A stretch of 64,000 nucleotides of DNA, taken from Harriotta raleighana (taxonomy: Eukaryota). The position numbers and the translations under genes were made by a program. The notes under the pieces were generated by a model. The model did no database searches, was not told the origin of the DNA, and saw only the letters and a list, made by a program, of their open reading frames with translations. How positions within the stretch are numbered: position 1 is the first letter of the stretch; the number at the start of each line of letters is the position of its first letter. Positions 38,013 to 52,475 of the stretch are shown piece by piece. The DNA lies in the NCBI GenBank assembly GCA_050575255.1, contig JBNZDD010013732.1:21028244-21092243 (forward strand), given 5' to 3'.

Positions 38013-41000
38013 GCAAATATCGGTGCAATAGCCAGGGGAGAGAGAATATTAAGGACAAGGTAAGAATAATCCATTTTTTTACAGCTGCATGAAGTGAATT
38101 TACATAAATTTTAAAAATTATGTTTACAGCAGTTTAATCTGCTATTTGGAGGTCTAATAGTGGTGGGTCAAGGCATAAACTCAGATGAATCACACAACCA
38201 ATACAATCAGTACACAATTGATGATCCAGTGTTTGCACCAACAGATAATTTAATGGGTTTCAGCTATTCTGAAATACGTTTTATTTGTGGAAGTTCAACT
38301 TGTTTATAACTGAGAAAGATGAGTGAAAAAGTGAACATTTATTATTCAGGATTTAGATATGCAGTATTAATGTGGGTGATAAATGAATACTGTACCTCAA
38401 AACATTTAATTGTGTCTGTATATAGACACAATCCTTTCACAGCATAAATTAAATATATAGAGGAAGTTTTAGGTAGCACAGAAAAAAGAAAAGTACTGTA
38501 TGAAGTTTACTTGCAAAGTTATGTGTGTGAAATTCACCTAAGAAAAGCTGATTCATAAGCTTAAAAAATGTATACATATGTTAGAATATGAAACAGTCGT
38601 GAGTTAGGAATACAGAATTGTGTTTGGACTACAGTCTAGATAAATTATGGCCTCAAGCTAGATGCATTGAGCAGAGAGTGCGCTTCATCTTCATTCATCC
38701 TAGGTGATTGATTGTGGCAGATCAGCATGTCGCAATAAGCAATAAGATTGTTGAGACAGAATGCTTTACTTGAAACTGATTTCTGTGAACTCATTCATAA
38801 CTTAATTTTCTTTGAATGGAAGACTATTATAAATATACAGCATAAACATTTTTCTGGTAACCCTAATTCGGAAGTGCAATTTGTCTCATGGGATTGCTCC
38901 GTCAATGAGGAATATGCATTTGAAGTAGTGCTAAGTTGTAAGTCACCTAGAGAAAAAACATTGAAGATCACAGTCAGACTAGACTGGAGTTGCCCCAGAT
39001 AAATTTAATACAATTGTAATTTACATTTATACATCTCATTTAATTATAGAACATCTCAAAGTTGAAAAAAATCAACAAATGACATTTGTATAGTGCCTTT
39101 CACATTGGGGGACATCCCAAATTATTGAGTGGATTGAAGAACTTAATGAATACTTGCTTTCCATGTGAAGAACAAAAAGAGGGAGAAAAAGAAAAAGACA
39201 TGGAAATGAAAAGAATTGCCATAAATTTGGTGACTCAATGGGCTTAATGACCTTGCCTTATTTCTCAGTTCCAATGTTCATTTGGTTAGATATCAATTTG
39301 CAATTGTAATGGGTTAAATGGATCAACTTTTGTTTTTGTAAATCCTACTAACAGTATGATACAAATTTGACTAGTCATCAATATTCTGCTGTTGGAAATG
39401 TGAAGCATCCATATAGATAAGATAAAAGTGAGAGAAAATCAACTTTGTCAGACATCACTGAATACCTTTTATTAGAGAGAAAAAAGCAGTTGCTAGTGGG
39501 GCTGTATTTCAGCCCCCAAATATGCAGATTGGTTAACTACAAGAGATATGCTTGTATATATTGGAATATTGGAGACAGCCGACTGGTCAAAGCTCACTTT
39601 GAAAGCATTGGATATTAAAACAAAATAATTTATAATATGTAAGTAGAGACAGTGAATGGATATAGATTTGATGGATAACAACATGACTCACATTTAGTTT
39701 TGTGGACTGTTGCTTGTTGGTTTGCCATCATAAATGGCTGTTGCATAGAAATGCAGAGATCCTTTCTGAACAAAATTGATCCCTCTGGTAAAGGAGGGGA
39801 ATAAACAAAAAGACATTTGCAGTACAGTAGTTGTAATTGGACAGTGTTTATACACTATGTTTAATGGTGCAGTCATTTATTTTCATAGGAACATTTTGCC
39901 TTAAATTGATCACAGCTGTACTAACCAAGCCCTGTTTCATATCATGTCTTACCCAGGGGACGCTCTCCAGGCTCATTGATGTAGGTTTACTGTATGGCAG
40001 CAAAGCCATGCACTAACTGCATGATGATAACCATTGCTTCCCTGACCAATCCTAGCCAATGCTTATGCTGCCTGTGCATGCAACATCTCTAATCTGGTGC
40101 TATGTTAGTTGAATGCAATAACAGCATTTCTTAACCTTGTTCCTTTTTGAATGTGTCAATACATTGCATTGAGCAATTACTCTAATTGCCATAATTTAGA
40201 AACATACCTTTTGCTCCATGTAGCTAAAGATATCAAACTCCAAGAAAAGCCAACAGAATAACAGAAATGCTACATTTATATAATTCAGTTTAGGTTCCCA
40301 GCTGTGACTTAATGCCAAGTAGGAATATAAATGAACATTACAAAAGCAACCTGGTGAAACATTGCAATGAGCTATAAATTATTGTGAAAGCAGTTCACGT
40401 TCGCTCTTATTAATCCTGATCCATCAAAAGGCTTCCTGACTGTTTTATGAAAGCTGTATTTCAATACCAACATTGAAATAATGTTATTGTTTGGTTTGTT
40501 AATGTCTATTATTTTGTTAGCTGTTCTTGGAGTGTTTGTGCATGGACAATTTCATATATTAAGATGTGATAATATTATGTTGTGGTGAATGAAACAATCA
40601 AGGTTACTGAGGAGGGGAATACAATTTGCATTTCAGCAGCTTACTTATCACTACAATTTCACCCCAGTTAGGAAATTCCATAAATGTGTTTGATTCATAA
40701 CTTTTTATACAATTTCTTGTCAGGCATGGCTTTCTGAAATTGGAGACAAAAATCATTAAATCTAGGGTTGAATATTTGAAGTCAAAATTGCAAGTTAAAA
40801 TGCTTTTGAAAGGATGACTTAATTTAGCCTTATATTGTAATGTTAGCTACAAAGAAACTTGTATTACCCAGACATGTATTGTTTAACTTTATTATTTAGT
40901 ATGATTGTGGATACTGCGCATAGGTAAACATTTCTAAACTGTTTGACAGCAAACAGACATTTAACTACGATATCAATTTTTTTCAAATAATGGATAAAAG

Positions 41001-44000
41001 ACAACACAAAGCAATGTGCTAAAATTTATGGTATTAAATGTTGCTCTCATTTCATGAGGTACATCAAATGACAACATTAAAGAAATGTCCTTATGTTTTG
41101 AAACTGAGCAATTATTGATAAGTCATTATTTCCAGGATTGCGAACCTGTAATAATTCAATAAAGCAATACAATAATTATTTTATTTGCATTTTACATTTA
41201 AGAATGCAATTGAAATGTAAGAAACAAAGACAAGTAAAGAAACAAAGACAAGGTATATCTGTATGTTGAGCACAATGGCCTTTTGCCAATTGAGTTTGGC
41301 ATTTAATCAACCTTGAACAAAGAATGGAAGTCTGCTGGTAAGGATTCAAAGTGAAATGAGCATGACCAAACCCGATCCAGTTCTTATGGACAGAGATCAA
41401 TAAAACCGTTCAAAGGTTTGTCAAATATTAGCAGTCTCATTCAGAGGCTAAAAGGATGGCTGGAATGCGAAGTGAAAATCTTCACCATGATAATCAAGCA
41501 GAAGGTTATGGTAAAGGGACATTCCTGAGGCAGAATAGAAAGCCGTTTTGCCAGTATTCAGTATTGCTATACCAGGCCATGAGAATATTTGTACTGAGGT
41601 ACTTTTAGAATCCCCTTAAATTGAAATGGGTTCTAATTGCCAGTACTGAGATTATGCAGTAAGACATGCATACAAATAATGATCATTTTCCTTGCTTATT
41701 GCTAAGATTTATTATCCCATTATTGCATTTCTTTATCGATTAAAATCCATGTAAGAAATGTACTGCCAACAATTTGTGTGTTTTTTATATAAGTGTGAGG
41801 TGGGGTGGAGAAAAAAGACTTCATTTTGACTGTTCTGCAGAAGTAAATGAGCAGATTAAAATAGCACCACAGCATGATTGACGGGGGTGTGGAAAGAATC
41901 AATTCCTAGAAAAATGTATTGCATCTCTTTCTTGGCTTTTTTTTACTACACAAAGGCTTGAGTTTGATTAAATATGATACAGTATCTGAATATTTATTTT
42001 TCTGCCAAAATACTTTGCTGAATATGTTGTATTGTTAACTGCACTTAAACATTTCTTATAAAGGAAGGTAATAGGTATATTTTTCCTTCTCATCGGGTCT
42101 GAGTTTTTTTTCTTTCGGCATTGAGTAGTGAGGCCGTCCTGCACATTCCACTTGCCCCAATTCTACAGTCATAAGGGAAAACAGCTAAGAAATATAATAA
42201 AAGCTATGTATCGATTCTGACCTCTTTTCAGTGTAAGTATTGATGACAGTTAGATAAGTATTCATGAAACTCCCAAAGTCACAAGGCCTTAATGTTATCA
42301 ACTGAGATGGCTTTGAAGACGGAATTGTTAAACGGACTATTATTGGGGCTACAACAACTTACAATAATTTGCATTTATATAGTGCTCTCCATACCAGGCA
42401 GGGTCTCAAACCATTTATTCCTACTTTAGATGTTGATGCACCAAAAATGCCACTTCCAACAAAGCATATTTCCTTCCTCTCTTAATTATATCCCTTGCGT
42501 TAATTCCTCAGAATCTTGAGTTTCCCTGGATTCATATGGAAACTATTTTCCAAAATGTATTTGTTTGAGTGCTAAATTTTGATATTAGTATCTACCCCTT
42601 GATGTAGCAAGGAGAATCACCAGTCATTTTTATGAAGGGCAGATGAAACTTTAGAACAGATGCTGGCAACTTCACCATTGTAAATCTGTTGCTTTAAAAT
42701 AGTACAAATATATTTGTGCAGGGAAATCATGAATATGTTCACATTATATTAGCAGTTGATTTTATACTAATCTCACATTTATGTTAGACTGGGAATTAAA
42801 AAGATTATGCTAACAATATGTGTTAAAATGGCCCTAAAGTCACATCAAGAATTAATGTGGATATGCCACGGTTTCCCAGTTTCTGCAGAAACAATTGGCT
42901 TTCTCTGTATATTCTGTTCAAAGCATTACTGTAAGTTTCTGATTGATAGTCCTGGAAAATATTCCATTGCCAGTGTCTCTGAAAGGGTCTTTATTTGAAA
43001 AGAGTTACATAACTTCAGATCATTCTTTGCTTATACCAGGAAACCTTTTCATGTATTGGGTCAACCGAGCATCATATTGCATTATATGTGTTATGTGGTA
43101 TGTAAAAAAGCTTCTGGGTCATCAGGTTGCTGTATCATTTCCTGTGTGCTATGCACATGAAGCATCATGAATGTTACTTTTTACACACTGAACTATGTGT
43201 AGGAATATGCCTTCCTTCTCATTGATCTTTGTAGTGCTTCCTATGCTTGCGAGCAATGCATAGGATGTGACATCAGCAGGCACTTGATTTGTAAGTCAAC
43301 CATTTTTTCATTTTGTAGCTTGGGTCTATAGAACTGTACGCCCACACTATAATTGAGTACACTATATTGAATGGTGTTCGGACTGTGCTGCAAAACACCA
43401 TTTAGGTTATTAACACATTGACCCTGGGTGTTGCCCATTGGTAAAAGTTTACTTTTATTTTTGCTCATGACTAGAAGATAATACCTTATGGAAAAAACGA
43501 AAATAACTTATTGTGGCCCATTAAATCATCAGACAGGACTAAATCCCTTCTACCCTGAACAACCTTGGCCCATAAAGAAAAAAATTCAGCTCCAGCTCTA
43601 ATCTCATTTATTTCAGTTTGTCTTTAGTGACTTCCTGCAATGACCTAATTTCATTTTGTCTTTGTTATGATTTGCTTTGAAAAACAGATATTCAGGTTCT
43701 GAAGTCCACAGCTCCAATGTCACCTCTGAAACTGCACTTGTTTTTCAATCCTTGCTCACTTTAGAGCATTTAAGATATTATGTGCCTTTTCTTCTTGAAT
43801 GCAACAATAGGCACGAGGATTGCATCCTTGCACCATTGAGACATTTCTGAAAGTGAAGATTCTATTCTAAATGTGGATTTATCCACCTCTTAATATAAAG
43901 ACTAATGTTCTGTGGTTGATCTGTTATGTGCTTCTGCTATCTATTGTTCGGTCTCCCATTTTGTGCAACATTTCTAAGCCTGCAATTTCCATCTCTGGGA

Positions 44001-44424
44001 TGGATTGCAAGAGTGTGAAACTTTAAAAACTGTCCTAATTGGCTCCTAAATGTCACTGAAACCCTAATTTCAGGTATCCCGCTTGACTCTTGCCTCTGAG
44101 AAAAAGATTCAAGCTCCACATTAGAACTTAGAACTTACAGTTTGGGCTTAAACTCAAATACAGTGCTGGGGGTGCATGAGAGGGAGGGAGTGCTGATTGA
44201 TGAAGATGCCAATCTTCAAATGAAACATAATCTGAGACTCAATATCCTGGTTAACAAACCCTCAGATACAATTGGTCAATCATTTCATGACTGTTTGTAA
44301 GGCAGTCCCATGTGTAAATGGCTACTGTGTTTATCTACAAAATCATTACTCTTGATAGTAAATCATGTGAAGCACTTTGAGACATCCTTCTGACATGATA
44401 TGATAGGTGCTATTTCATATTTAA

Positions 44425-44925
44425 TGATAATTCATGTTATTATTCATGGCTATGTTACCTCTCATCTAGACTTTCCTCGCTGCACTCCAAGATTCACCAT
44501 CCATAAGCTCCTGTTAAAATTCTGCCATTGCATTCTTACCCTTGTTCAACCTCTGCACACCCATCACCCAGTTCTCATCAGGATCTATCGGCTGTTAGTG
44601 ACCTGACAGATTACCTTCAATGTCCTCCACTTTCTCCCCAATCCATTCACACCCCAATAACTCCCTATTTCTGAGAGCTTTTCTTCCCCAACTCTTCTGC
44701 TTGCCTTCTCCATTCAGCTAACGTGGACCTGCAACACATCTCTTTCCCCTTTGCACCACCATGGCTGAGCTTTAAGCTTCCACCCCTAACCACTGGAAAT
44801 CCTCACCTACACCATCCGTCTCACCTCTCTATCTTTAAATAGGTAGCTCCAATGCCCAGCGAATAGTGTGAGACACTTTGAGACATCCTCCAGAAATGAT
44901 GTGCCACCTAATGTCAATTGTGTTG
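44425..44925 (+). mobile_element. Old L2 3' region
   Basis: IHGYVTSHLD-like peptide and cacccatcacccagttctc (HITPVL). Confidence 0.65.
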
Positions 44926-47900
44926 TGAAGTAAATCCCACTTTAAAGCCTATCTATTTGACTGCTCCCATGCCCCCACTCTTGTTCTCCCTTCCTCTCTA
45001 TCCACATGCTTGCAGTTTAAGAAGGGGTATTAAATAACTCTGTGCTTCTAATGTACAAACTTGCACCACTGACACACTGGTGGTAAATCTTTTTTTTACA
45101 GGATTAAAAATGTGAGCCGTGTCTCATAGATAATTTTAAACTTAGTTTTTTCTTAGTGGGGGTGAGATTTTTAAAAGTGAGGGGGCAGGGGTTAAGTGAT
45201 GGTCTGAAGTGGCTCCGAGGAAGGGTGTGCCATGTAACACTAATTCAAGGCATTTGAATATGGTTGTTGCTGCAAGACAGGCACCATGCTCCATGGTTAG
45301 CCATTATTATAGTGCTCTGTAATAGATAAGTATTTCTCTACTGAGTTATGTTATTCGACTATAGACAGTTCTCCAAAGGCCAATTTCAGGTCAAATACAA
45401 GGAAGGTTTTCTCTACCCAGATGGTAATTCACATGAGATTGCCATGTGGAGTGGTTGAGGCCAGGACTGTTTGATACTGTGATAAGAGTATGGTTGGACG
45501 GAGGGAGGGCCAACTGATCTTTAATGATCTTAATGTTTGCCCTTGTACAAGAATTTAAGTCATTCTGCAATATACATAAAGATAGGAGTAAAATATATCT
45601 AAATACCACAAAAATAAATAAGACTTAAACTTGGTGTTGTACCTCAACTGTATTGCACTAGATGAATCTATTGAAATAAATAGTTTAAAATCATATCTTA
45701 AATTAGAACAGAAGGAAAATGATTATTTCCACACTGCCCCTTTATATATCATTAGCAAGCCTTAAGGATTATATATCCAATATTGGACCTTTACAAATAC
45801 ATGTTCAAGATTTCAAAGTTATTTCCCCCAAAATTATATTCACCATTTTAGTGATTTGATACTTTGATACCATAACATCAGCTGTCCATTGCATTTGTGA
45901 AGGGCAGAACTGTACAAGTTTCTGCATTCTAGTGGTGTACCAGAACTTTGCTGCAGTCTGGGACCTCTGGACTCCGTCGTACTATTGAATTGCAATCTTG
46001 ACATTGCCTAATAGCACAGAAACTCCTTTTGCCAATTAATGTAATTCATGTTCTCTTGCCGTAATTCTCCAGTGGGTTAACAATGTAGAGACTGGTTAAT
46101 TAAGAAAACGTGTTTTTGAAATTCAAAATTAGAAGCACTATGCATACTAAAATCCCCATCCTAAAACAGCCCCCCGCCCCCCCACTTCTCAAACAATTAT
46201 ATTTGCTTGGTGCTGCAATTAGAGTGAGTGAAAATTATTATCTTGCAAGCTATTTGTAGATTGCAATATGCACGTTTTATTTCTGGGCACTAATTCGAAG
46301 GAGATGGAGTCGCCAGATACTTAGTACAGTACTCCGCACTTTGAGCCGTTATTTACCCATGCAAGCGCAGTTTTTTGCTGGAAATTGACATACTGTACTT
46401 TGTGAAATGTGGTTGTTTTGATGAGCAAGTATCCTGCACCTTAATTTCTAGTTGATTTGTGAGACACTACCAGGTGGAAGTGGAGCACATCATGCTGACT
46501 TAGCAATAACCTTCAGTCCATTATAAAGATTGCTTTTCAAATTTTGTCCCATGCTTCAAATCAGTGGACACATTGGCTGACACCCTGTATATAATGAATG
46601 TAAATAGTCCATTTCTGTAAATGCAAAAGCACACCCATCAAAAACAGACCTAACTCAATTCTTTTGATTCATCGCCAACATTATGGACCTGCTCTGAGCT
46701 CCCCTTTTCAGAATTGAGAAAACTTTCTTTCTTTTGCATCCATTAGAACTTGAAGCACCCTCCATCGCAGTTTCAATGCTTTAATCTTCAGTTTCTGGTA
46801 GTGTTTCTACTTCGACACGATACTGACTGAGAACCACCCTGTCAATTTATACAGAAACTAACTATTTGAATTCCATCAAAAAGGTGTATAAACCGTAGCA
46901 CAAATCTAAAGCTAGGTGAGCTGCTGATACGTACAGTGCGAGGTTACTCTTGTAAATGTGACACTCTCACAACTTTGGTCCTTGTCTACTAGCAATTATG
47001 TGTACTAGTAAAGCCCCTCAATGGGCATCAGCTACTCGTCACAACTAAAGTTCAGCAGCAAAAATGAAAAGAAGCGCTGCCAAGTTTTGTGTTTTGATTT
47101 AGACCCGTCAACAGGCATCCATATTTACAATATAAAATTATTTCTAAAATGATGAAATTGTATTCCTTTAAAAACACTGTTATACTTTGTTTTAATTTTT
47201 GTATTGATAGTGCATTTAACTGGTTCGTCAGTTTGCATGTGTACTTGAAAGTTGAATATTTTAAATCTTTGTATTAATATAAATAATTATTTATTTTAAA
47301 GAATCTGGTTAGGGGCCTCCAAACTGTGCTTACACATGCGGTTAGATCTAAATGTATTTATGTAAAAAGAGATTGTTACAAGAACTGTAATTGCAATTTG
47401 TTTGTTACAAATTGCATGTTTTAAACTGCACATTTGTCAATTCCTGGTGCCTGATTTTAAACAAGAAGAGACTATTTGCTATGGCTGCTTTTCATAGAGA
47501 AAATATTCTTGCATGAATTTTGTAACCCTTAAAGCACTGCTAACTGTACAGTTTTTGCAAAGATTTAGCATAGTCACTCCAGTGAATTAAGCATGTGTTC
47601 ATATTGAGTCCAAACTGCAGTGGCTTGACAGCACTCTTTTGGAATATATGGAACAGATTGTCTATTTGGGCAATTTTCAAAAGGACTTTTAAATATTCAG
47701 TTCTTTAAGGGTTAATCAAGGACCAACAAAATTCCGGTTGACATTTTTAGCTGCTGCTTTCAGTTCTGTTTCTGCATGTTCCTTTTGCAGCAAACCCTTT
47801 GTAACCCTGATGCAATGATGGTATTCCTGATATTGGATGCCCTCCCCTCGTGTACACTTAACACTGAAATAGTTCCCTAGCTAAGTAAAGGGATCAAGAC

Positions 47901-48029
47901 TATCTCTATTTAAGAAATGACGAGTGGAATGAAGACGGAAATATTTCGTTATGTGATGATAACTTATATTTGAGTATGCTAATTTATACAGCTCGCTTTT
48001 AAAAAAATTCTTTTCCTGTGTTTTACTAG

Positions 48030-48123
48030 CCCAATAGAATCCTGTCAGGATTTCTACAAAGATTTCACATTGCAAATTGACATGGCATTCAACGTATTCT
48101 TCCTGCTCTACTTTGGACTTCGG
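48030..48123 (+). CDS. KCNMA1: KCNMA1 coding exon, S1-S2 linker and S2 (equivalent to exon 4), 94 nt
   Basis: Acceptor ttttcctgtgttttactag and donor GTGAGT. In frame with the previous exon: (D)[31 protein letters not shown]. Confidence 0.97.
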
Positions 48124-49325
48124 GTGAGTAGAAATTCATAGACTATCAATTGTATTCCAACTGTCATTGTGTACTCAAAAGTTTATCGTCATTTCTACAA
48201 TTAACAGTAAATCCTACGAATATCTTTCAGACACCCTTCTGACATGTAAGACCTATATTAAATTCAAAGAAAATTATTATTATAATTTATGCCATCGAGG
48301 GAGATGTGATTCACTGTCATTTTGATCTTTCATAATGGTTGTTTAGTTGTGGAGGGTGAAGTGCATCTTATTTAAACTTAGTTGGTAACACTCTTGCCTC
48401 TAAGTCACAAGGTTGTGGGCCCAAGCCCTCTATTTAGTTGACACTGCAGTGATGGGACAGCACAACAATGTCTAAGGTTCTATCCTTCAGATGAGAAATG
48501 TAATTAAGGTCCCACCTGCTTGTACTGGTGTATAGTAATGATCACTTGGCATTGGTCAAAAAGAGAAGGGAGATTTTCTGTGTCTATTTACTTGCCTATT
48601 CCCCAACACTCTTTGCTCTAATCGTAGGAGGAGTAATTATGGAAACATAATCTTAAAAATTCCAAATACGAAATTCAACATGGCACCAATACCCTGATCT
48701 TGTATTAAATTTCTTTCCTAAATTATCAATGCAATATCTATGTCATGCTACAGGATACTTCCTTCAGGTCCATTCCAACATAGGACTCAATTCATAACAA
48801 ATGAAGGATTTTGTTCATTGTTTGCCCGAGTTATGATTATTGCGGCAAACAGTGAACTGAAATAGTGTGCAGTCTGACTATAGAATTGAGTTGTGTTTAG
48901 CCAGTTGACATCTTTGGGATAAAAGGATATTGCTTGTGCCCTTTTTGTCTTAACTTTTTTTTAAAGATGTAAATGAGGACCTGCATTTTCAGCTATTTTG
49001 TGTAGCAGTTAAAATGCTTGTTTCACAGCCAGTGGTTAGGTTTGAGTCCTTGACCTAAATGACATTCAAATCAGCCAGCCACAGGCTTGTGGTATCTGTT
49101 GCTTCAGTTCTGGTCATATTGCTATGTAGAAATGGATTGTTCCAGCGCCTTGGGACGTCCTCCCCACGTGAAAGGTGCTATACAAATATAATTTGGTTGA
49201 TTTTTGCTGTTACTTCCAATTCCTACCAGCAGAGGAGGGAATTGGGAGGCAGATTAGAGAGAAACCTGACATTGTAAGTGTTGGTCTTTCACATATCTAT
49301 GCTGTTGGATGAACATTTTATTCGT

Positions 49326-49655
49326 TCAACTGGGTGTCTGACACATGTGGAAACCCATCCCTATGCTTAAGAATATCCAAACCAGCTAAAACTACTTGGC
49401 TTGTCATTGAAAGCACAGTGTGGCAAGCTTCCCACTACTTCTCCATTTTAGGACTACCTTACCTATTGGGGCTTTGGCTTGCAGAGTTAACAGTAGCTAA
49501 GTGCTGAGTTCCTGCCCCTGGTGACTAGCCTGCCCTTCGAAGTCCTGCTGATGAGCCAGGCTGGCTGGGCTTTCATCAGTCAGTGCCCTGGAATACTGCA
49601 GGCCATCCTGGCTCAGGAACTGAACTCCTAAAACCACCACGAAGGTTTGACTTGA
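49326..49655 (+). repeat. Unclassified old interspersed repeat (homologous pieces at 19502-19745 and 10846-10902)
   Basis: Shared blocks atgcttaagaatatccaaacca, cccactactt, ttggctt.cagag.taacag, ctgctgatgagcca...tggct, cctggctcag, aaaccacca..gaagg. Confidence 0.75.
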
Positions 49656-51088
49656 TTCTATAATTCTACTGCAAATATGTTACCTTGGAAATTGCTATTT
49701 CAATTCCAAGGAGCTTATATCGAAGGATAATCACTACCAGTTGTCGTTTGTTATTTCACAAGCGTGGGTTTGAGCCCTCGCAAGGTGGATGGCATGTACT
49801 AGGAGCTTCTGGTGGGCAACGTAACTCAGTGTGAAATGTGTGAGAGCATTTGCATCACTTTCCTGCCTGCAGCTCAGACATACATCAGCAACAACAACTT
49901 CGATTTATATAGCGCCCTCCATGCTGGACGGCGTCTCAGAGCATCTCTACATCCCTTCCCATTGAAGGATATTTCCACCAGTTGGAGTTGTGGAGCTTGA
50001 GCAGCAGCTGCTTACCAATCAAGTTGGAATACACGTGCTGGATGTATATTCAGACTCCAGGTAAAATCGGCCTTCCAGCAGCTGTGGCCCCAAGCCTCAG
50101 AGTTTCCTGATTCACCATCTGATGGACATATCATGGTGCTAATCTAGGATTCTGGATGCATTAGCATTATTAGGCCGCCTTATTAAAAAGATGCATTTCT
50201 GCCCAATCTGCAGCAGTCAATCATAGTGCAGGAAAGAATGGGAGAAGTCATTATGTGTAAGTGTTGACAGCAAGCCAAATGGGCTTGTGTTGGCAGCAGC
50301 AAGGTGCTTGTTAAATACAGCATAACAAAATGCCCAGCTCCAATTAATATATTGCCAGTATTAGGATTATTAAGATTTAAAAAAAATATGAAACCAAGAT
50401 AAACTCCCATGTGCACTATTTAGTTATTTTCAGTGACAAAGTTAAAATAATTAAGAACCAATGTCCGTAAATATTTTCTGGAAAGTCTGAGCTATTTGGG
50501 GCCAGATGTATGTCGCACTCGTATGCTATACTCATTATCTCATGTTCTCCAAATCACATTTTATGGAGGGCAATTTTCATTTCTGAAGCATCATTGGAGG
50601 ATTGATAATCCATCAAAAGAGTTTAAGGAACCAACGTCTTTGATTGATGCGTAATCCATAACACATTAGGGCTATACGTTTGATATGCAGTGAAATGTAC
50701 TAATTGAAAACAATAACCTGGGTTTAGTTTCCATCATTGGTGGACATTTTACTCTGTCGTTCATTTCATGACAAGCTGATTAACCAAAATACAGTAACAA
50801 CTATGTAGCTAATGAATGGGATGAGGCAGAAAGATTGGATGGTATTCCATCTTCCATCCGAGTCATTTGTATTTCCACTTTCTCAGCAGCTCCTCTCTTC
50901 ATCCTACCCTTCCCAAAATCTGCAAGCCATAGGAGCATCCCTGCCCTACAACCAAAATGCTAATAAATAATTCAGAATTACAGTATTTTTATGTCTGTCA
51001 GTGCCTAGAAATCTGTACTGTTTTGTGGAAGCAGAGTTGTGAGTTGTGATTGGGTCCAGCTAGGTATATTGAAAACTTTAAAGGAAAA

Positions 51089-52086
51089 TTCATAGAATGT
51101 TACAGCACAGAAGGAGGCCATTCGGCCCAACGAGTCTGTGCTGGCTCTTTGACAGAGCAAGTCAATTTATTAACCCCAATCAGCAGCTTTCTCCCATAAC
51201 CCTGCAAACCCGTCTTCCCCAGATACCTATCCAGTTCCCTCTTAAAAGCTGCTATCGAATCGGACCTCACTACCCTTTCAGGCAGATCATTCCAAATTCG
51301 AACAACTCGCTGAGTGAAAAAAATTATTCTAACCTCCCCTCTGCTTCTTTTGGTAGATATCTTAAGACTGTGACCACGCGTCACAGACACACCTACCAGC
51401 AGAAACAGCTTTTCCCTATCCAGCCTGTCGAAACCTTTCATGATCTTGAAGACCTCTATCAGGTCCCCGTGTAACCTTCTCTGCTCTAATGGGAAAAGTC
51501 CTAACTTCTCCAGCCTGTCCTCATAGCTAAGGTTCCCCATTCCTGGAATCATTCTTGTGAATCTCCTCTGCATCCTTTCCAATGCCTTAATGTCCTTCCT
51601 GAAGTAATGTGCCCATAACTGGACGCAGTACTCCAGCTGAGGCCTAACCAGTGTTTTGTATAAATTAACCATAACTTCCCTACTCTTAAACTCTATGCCC
51701 CTACTAATAAAGCTCAGTACACCAAATGCCTTTTTTTTTACTGCCTTATCTACTTGCCCTGCTACCTTTAATGATTCGCTTACTTGAACACCCAGATCTC
51801 TCTGTACGTTCACCTCCCTTAAGATTGAGCTACCAAGTCTATATTGCCTCCTATCATTTTTCCTACCTAAGTGTATCACCTCACACTTATCCACATTGAA
51901 ATCCATCTGCCACATGTCAGCCCATTCCATCATTCTGTGTATGTCTGCTTGCAGTTGGTTACAGTCCTCCTCACTATTTACTACCCTACCTAACTTTGTA
52001 TCATCTGCAAACTTGGAAATAGTGGTCTCTATGCCCAAGTCCAGATCATTAATATATATTAGAAAGAGCAGTGGTCCCAATACCGA
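51089..52086 (-). mobile_element. CR1-clade LINE, 5'-truncated, about 1 kb, with open ORF2 reverse-transcriptase C-terminus
   Basis: ORF 51100..52080 has GPLLFLIYINDL, KFADDTKL, LYKTLVRPQLEYCVQLW, RGDLIEVFKI-like and TRGH motifs; the 3' end carries the CR1 ATTCTATG-type tail. Confidence 0.96.
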
Positions 52087-52475
52087 TTGTTTTTGTTTTG
52101 CAATTGAAGACTAAGTTCAACTTTGGGGGAAAGTTTGATGTAAACATTTTTTATTTGAATCTTAATGTCATGATGTTCTAGTAAGTGTTGTTAAGTTCTC
52201 ATACAATGGGGTCTGATGCAATATAAATGGTGATATATTTCCAGTGACCATTAAAATGTAATTTTCCTGTCAGTGTTTTATTTTAACAAAAAGCACACAA
52301 AGTCCACACAAACTTCTCAAATATATTGAAATTACATTTTCAAATTTCACTTGTAAAGTTTTAGCAAGTGTTTAATATTCTCATTGGGTTAATTTGAACT
52401 AGTAGTTACAGGTAAACTTGAATCAATCTAGCAAGAGTGAAAGCTGAAATAATTATGCTCTCATTTCCTTTGCAG

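Larger units (their letters stand above)
24614..48029 (+). other. KCNMA1: KCNMA1 intron, about 23.4 kb, phase 2
   Basis: GT..AG ends; joining the flanking exons gives continuous Slo1 protein. Confidence 0.92.
48124..52475 (+). other. KCNMA1: KCNMA1 intron, about 4.35 kb, phase 0
   Basis: GT..AG ends; the join reads FGLR|FIAAND. Confidence 0.93.

Noticed and set aside
47103-47114. Possible 12-nt microexon after ttttgatttag
   Set aside because: The following gcatcc is not a credible GT or GC donor.
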